Source: Pseudomonadota bacterium (GTDB lineage: Bacteria; UBA10199; 2-02-FULL-44-16; JBDRGF01). From it: a DNA stretch of 29,806 nucleotides. Both the position numbers and the translations under genes were made by a program. The notes beneath the pieces were generated by a model. The model worked only from the letters and a program-made list of their open reading frames with translations. It was not told where the DNA came from and ran no database searches. The stretch spans positions 1 through 29,806 of the forward strand of contig JBDRGF010000131.1 in NCBI GenBank assembly GCA_043818055.1. Direction: 5' to 3'. Positions 28,176-29,806 of the stretch are shown piece after piece (position 1 is the first letter of the stretch; each line of letters begins with the position of its first letter).

Positions 28176-28195
28176 TAACGTAAGCGCCTAGGGAA

Positions 28196-28508
28196 GCTAA
28201 CAATTACCCATAAGTTTAAAGGAGCATTCCTCATAGAGAATGTGTCGCAATATTGTTTTTTGTAGCCCAAGATATCCTAAAACAACATGTTTTGCTTTTT
28301 GTAGGGGCAGCCCCCTGTGGCTGCCCGGGTTTTATCGGGTCGGCACAGGGGCCGACCCCCTACATAAATGCAATTGTTAGGACATCCTAGTTATAGTGAG
28401 ATGGAGAATTTGATCCAACGGTTATTTGGAGAGGCTGGCAACGGCTAATAGATATTGCTGATACATGGCTCATTTTTCACACCACTTAACTTATGGGTAA
28501 TCGTGAGC
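28196..28508 (+). mobile_element. Internally deleted IS4-family (IS50/Tn5-like) remnant with nested insertions
   Basis: 21-bp IR GCTAACAATTACCCATAAGTT versus reverse complement GCTCACGATTACCCATAAGTT (19/21). 28400-28489 translates as DGEFDPTVIWRGWQRLIDIADTWLIFHTT*. Confidence 0.8.
28269..28388. mobile_element. Small MITE-like element carrying a REP double hairpin (28300-28364)
   Basis: Imperfect IR AAGATATCCTAA versus reverse complement AGGATGTCCTAA; internal TGTAGGGGC...CCCCTACA. Confidence 0.65.
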
Positions 28509-28977
28509 CCAGAAGGTGAAAGATGAGAATATTTTTTCATCATTGGTGGAAGATGTTCCAAACAAAGTAGAGAGATCATTTTTTTATAGAGTCACGATTT
28601 GATATTCAGGAGATATAGATACAGAGCTGATTATACAGCGAGCAAAAAAAAGGAAAACTCCTTTCGTCTCTCAGAGGGTGTGTGTAAAAGGGTAAGTGTT
28701 AATCAAGCCAAATACACAAGAAGATGAGTTTTCCGATGAAGATGGAAAAAGAAACAAAATAAGAAAGTAAAAAGAAGGAGGTGAAAACACTCAATGGGCG
28801 GGTGTTTTCTGAGAGATTGATATCAGCCGGTTTTTGAGTGACATCCGGTTGACAGAGGCAGAAAAAACACGAAAAAGGAATTTGGAGGAAAAAACCGGTT
28901 TTTTTTGAAAAAAATTAACCTCCAACTAACGAAAATCTCTAATCTTTTTTTAAAGTGTCGGATTTTATTGTAATGAG

Positions 28978-29005
28978 GCAACTTTTGAGAGATGTGTGAC
29001 GATAA
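28978..29005 (+). promoter_or_regulatory. Putative sigma-28-like promoter GCAAC-N16-ACGATAA
   Basis: 32 nt before ATG 29038; shares CGATAATAGAGATA with the 25593 copy. Confidence 0.68.
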
Positions 29006-29037
29006 TAGAGATAGGGGGAAATTCTAAAGGATAAATA

Positions 29038-29685
29038 ATGGCAGTTAATAATAAAAAAATAGGAAAAGCGACCGATTTACCGCAGTTTAAATGGTTTAGA
29101 TGCAATAGAACGACTAATGCAAACAGACCAAAGCGGGTGAGTATATCTTCCAGTTTCCTTTTAAAACTCCATGATAAACCGATTTTTAAAGGGATAATTA
29201 AATGGTGGATGCATAACCATGCCTGCACGCAAAACTTTAGAGGTATAGATTTAATTACGATTCACAGTATTGATCTAAAATCTGGATCGATATTTATTAG
29301 CGGAGAATTTAGATATGCTGGAACGGACAGAATTGGCTTTGACAAATCTCTATGGCTCTATGCAACGACTGTTACACCTCTTAACATTAGCATTTTAAAT
29401 AAAAATAGCGATATTGAAATTTCTAATCTCGTCAAAAAGATTGAGAAAAGAACCGGATCCACGCAGAAGATCAGCGAAAAAGAATTAAAGCTTCTCTACA
29501 ATAATCTCAAAGCAAAACTTGCGCAAAGCAAAGGAAAAATACGACCATCAACTTCATTAAGTGCCGAAGTATTACTGGTTACCCTTGAGGATCGTTTGCC
29601 GATCAAGAATCTCGATTTAACAATGCAACTCTCACCTGAGTTATCAGAAAATATGAAAACACTTCCCCACAATCCGACACTTTAA
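29038..29685 (+). CDS. Hypothetical protein
   Basis: 215-aa ORF, SD AAGGA, promoter motif upstream; no family recognised. Confidence 0.7.
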   Translation: MAVNNKKIGKATDLPQFKWFRCNRTTNANRPKRVSISSSFLLKLHDKPIFKGIIKWWMHNHACTQNFRGIDLITIHSIDLKSGSIFISGEFRYAGTDRIGFDKSLWLYATTVTPLNISILNKNSDIEISNLVKKIEKRTGSTQKISEKELKLLYNNLKAKLAQSKGKIRPSTSLSAEVLLVTLEDRLPIKNLDLTMQLSPELSENMKTLPHNPTL

Positions 29686-29806
29686 AAGTATCAAATCGAC
29701 CTTAGTACATATCTAAACGCTCATAAAGCTTAAATGGGACTGTTCCATTTTTCACGACAGAGGTGAAAATCAAAAAACATCAATTTACTCGCTGTTACTT
29801 ACAAAA

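Noticed and set aside
17460..28364. Palindromic repeats as CRISPR repeats or integron attC sites
   Set aside because: No regular repeat-spacer period and no cas genes. The recombinase fragment cannot be assigned to IntI, and the repeats also occur between core genes.
28509..28960. Purine-rich 450-bp spacer as an ncRNA or pseudogene
   Set aside because: No convincing ORF, fold or known RNA motif visible by eye.

Overview
Bacterial chromosomal window. Gene order resembles deltaproteobacterial genomes (inference only). It has three core blocks: rpmE-prfA-prmC-murA, mfd-PPIase-surA-pdxA, and a lipoprotein-mlaE-mlaF-mlaD operon. These are interleaved with orphan ORFs and much mobile debris: an ISAzo13-like element apparently cutting a tyrosine recombinase, an intact IS30, an IS4/IS50-type remnant, and several MITE/REP-like repeats, some nested. 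The strongest unexplained signal is a bipartite motif, GCAAC-N15-17-(C/T/A)CGATAA, with a sigma-28-like -10 box. It sits directly upstream of five unrelated orphan genes, three of them apparently leaderless. These include a minimal kinase-like protein, a HAD phosphatase, an 848-aa protein with a possible Cys-His-Asp triad and one of two tandem paralogues, suggesting a co-regulated set of effector-like genes. A second signal is an intact but catalytically degenerate HisA lying between murA and HIT, with no other his genes in the window. No rRNA, tRNA or CRISPR array was seen.
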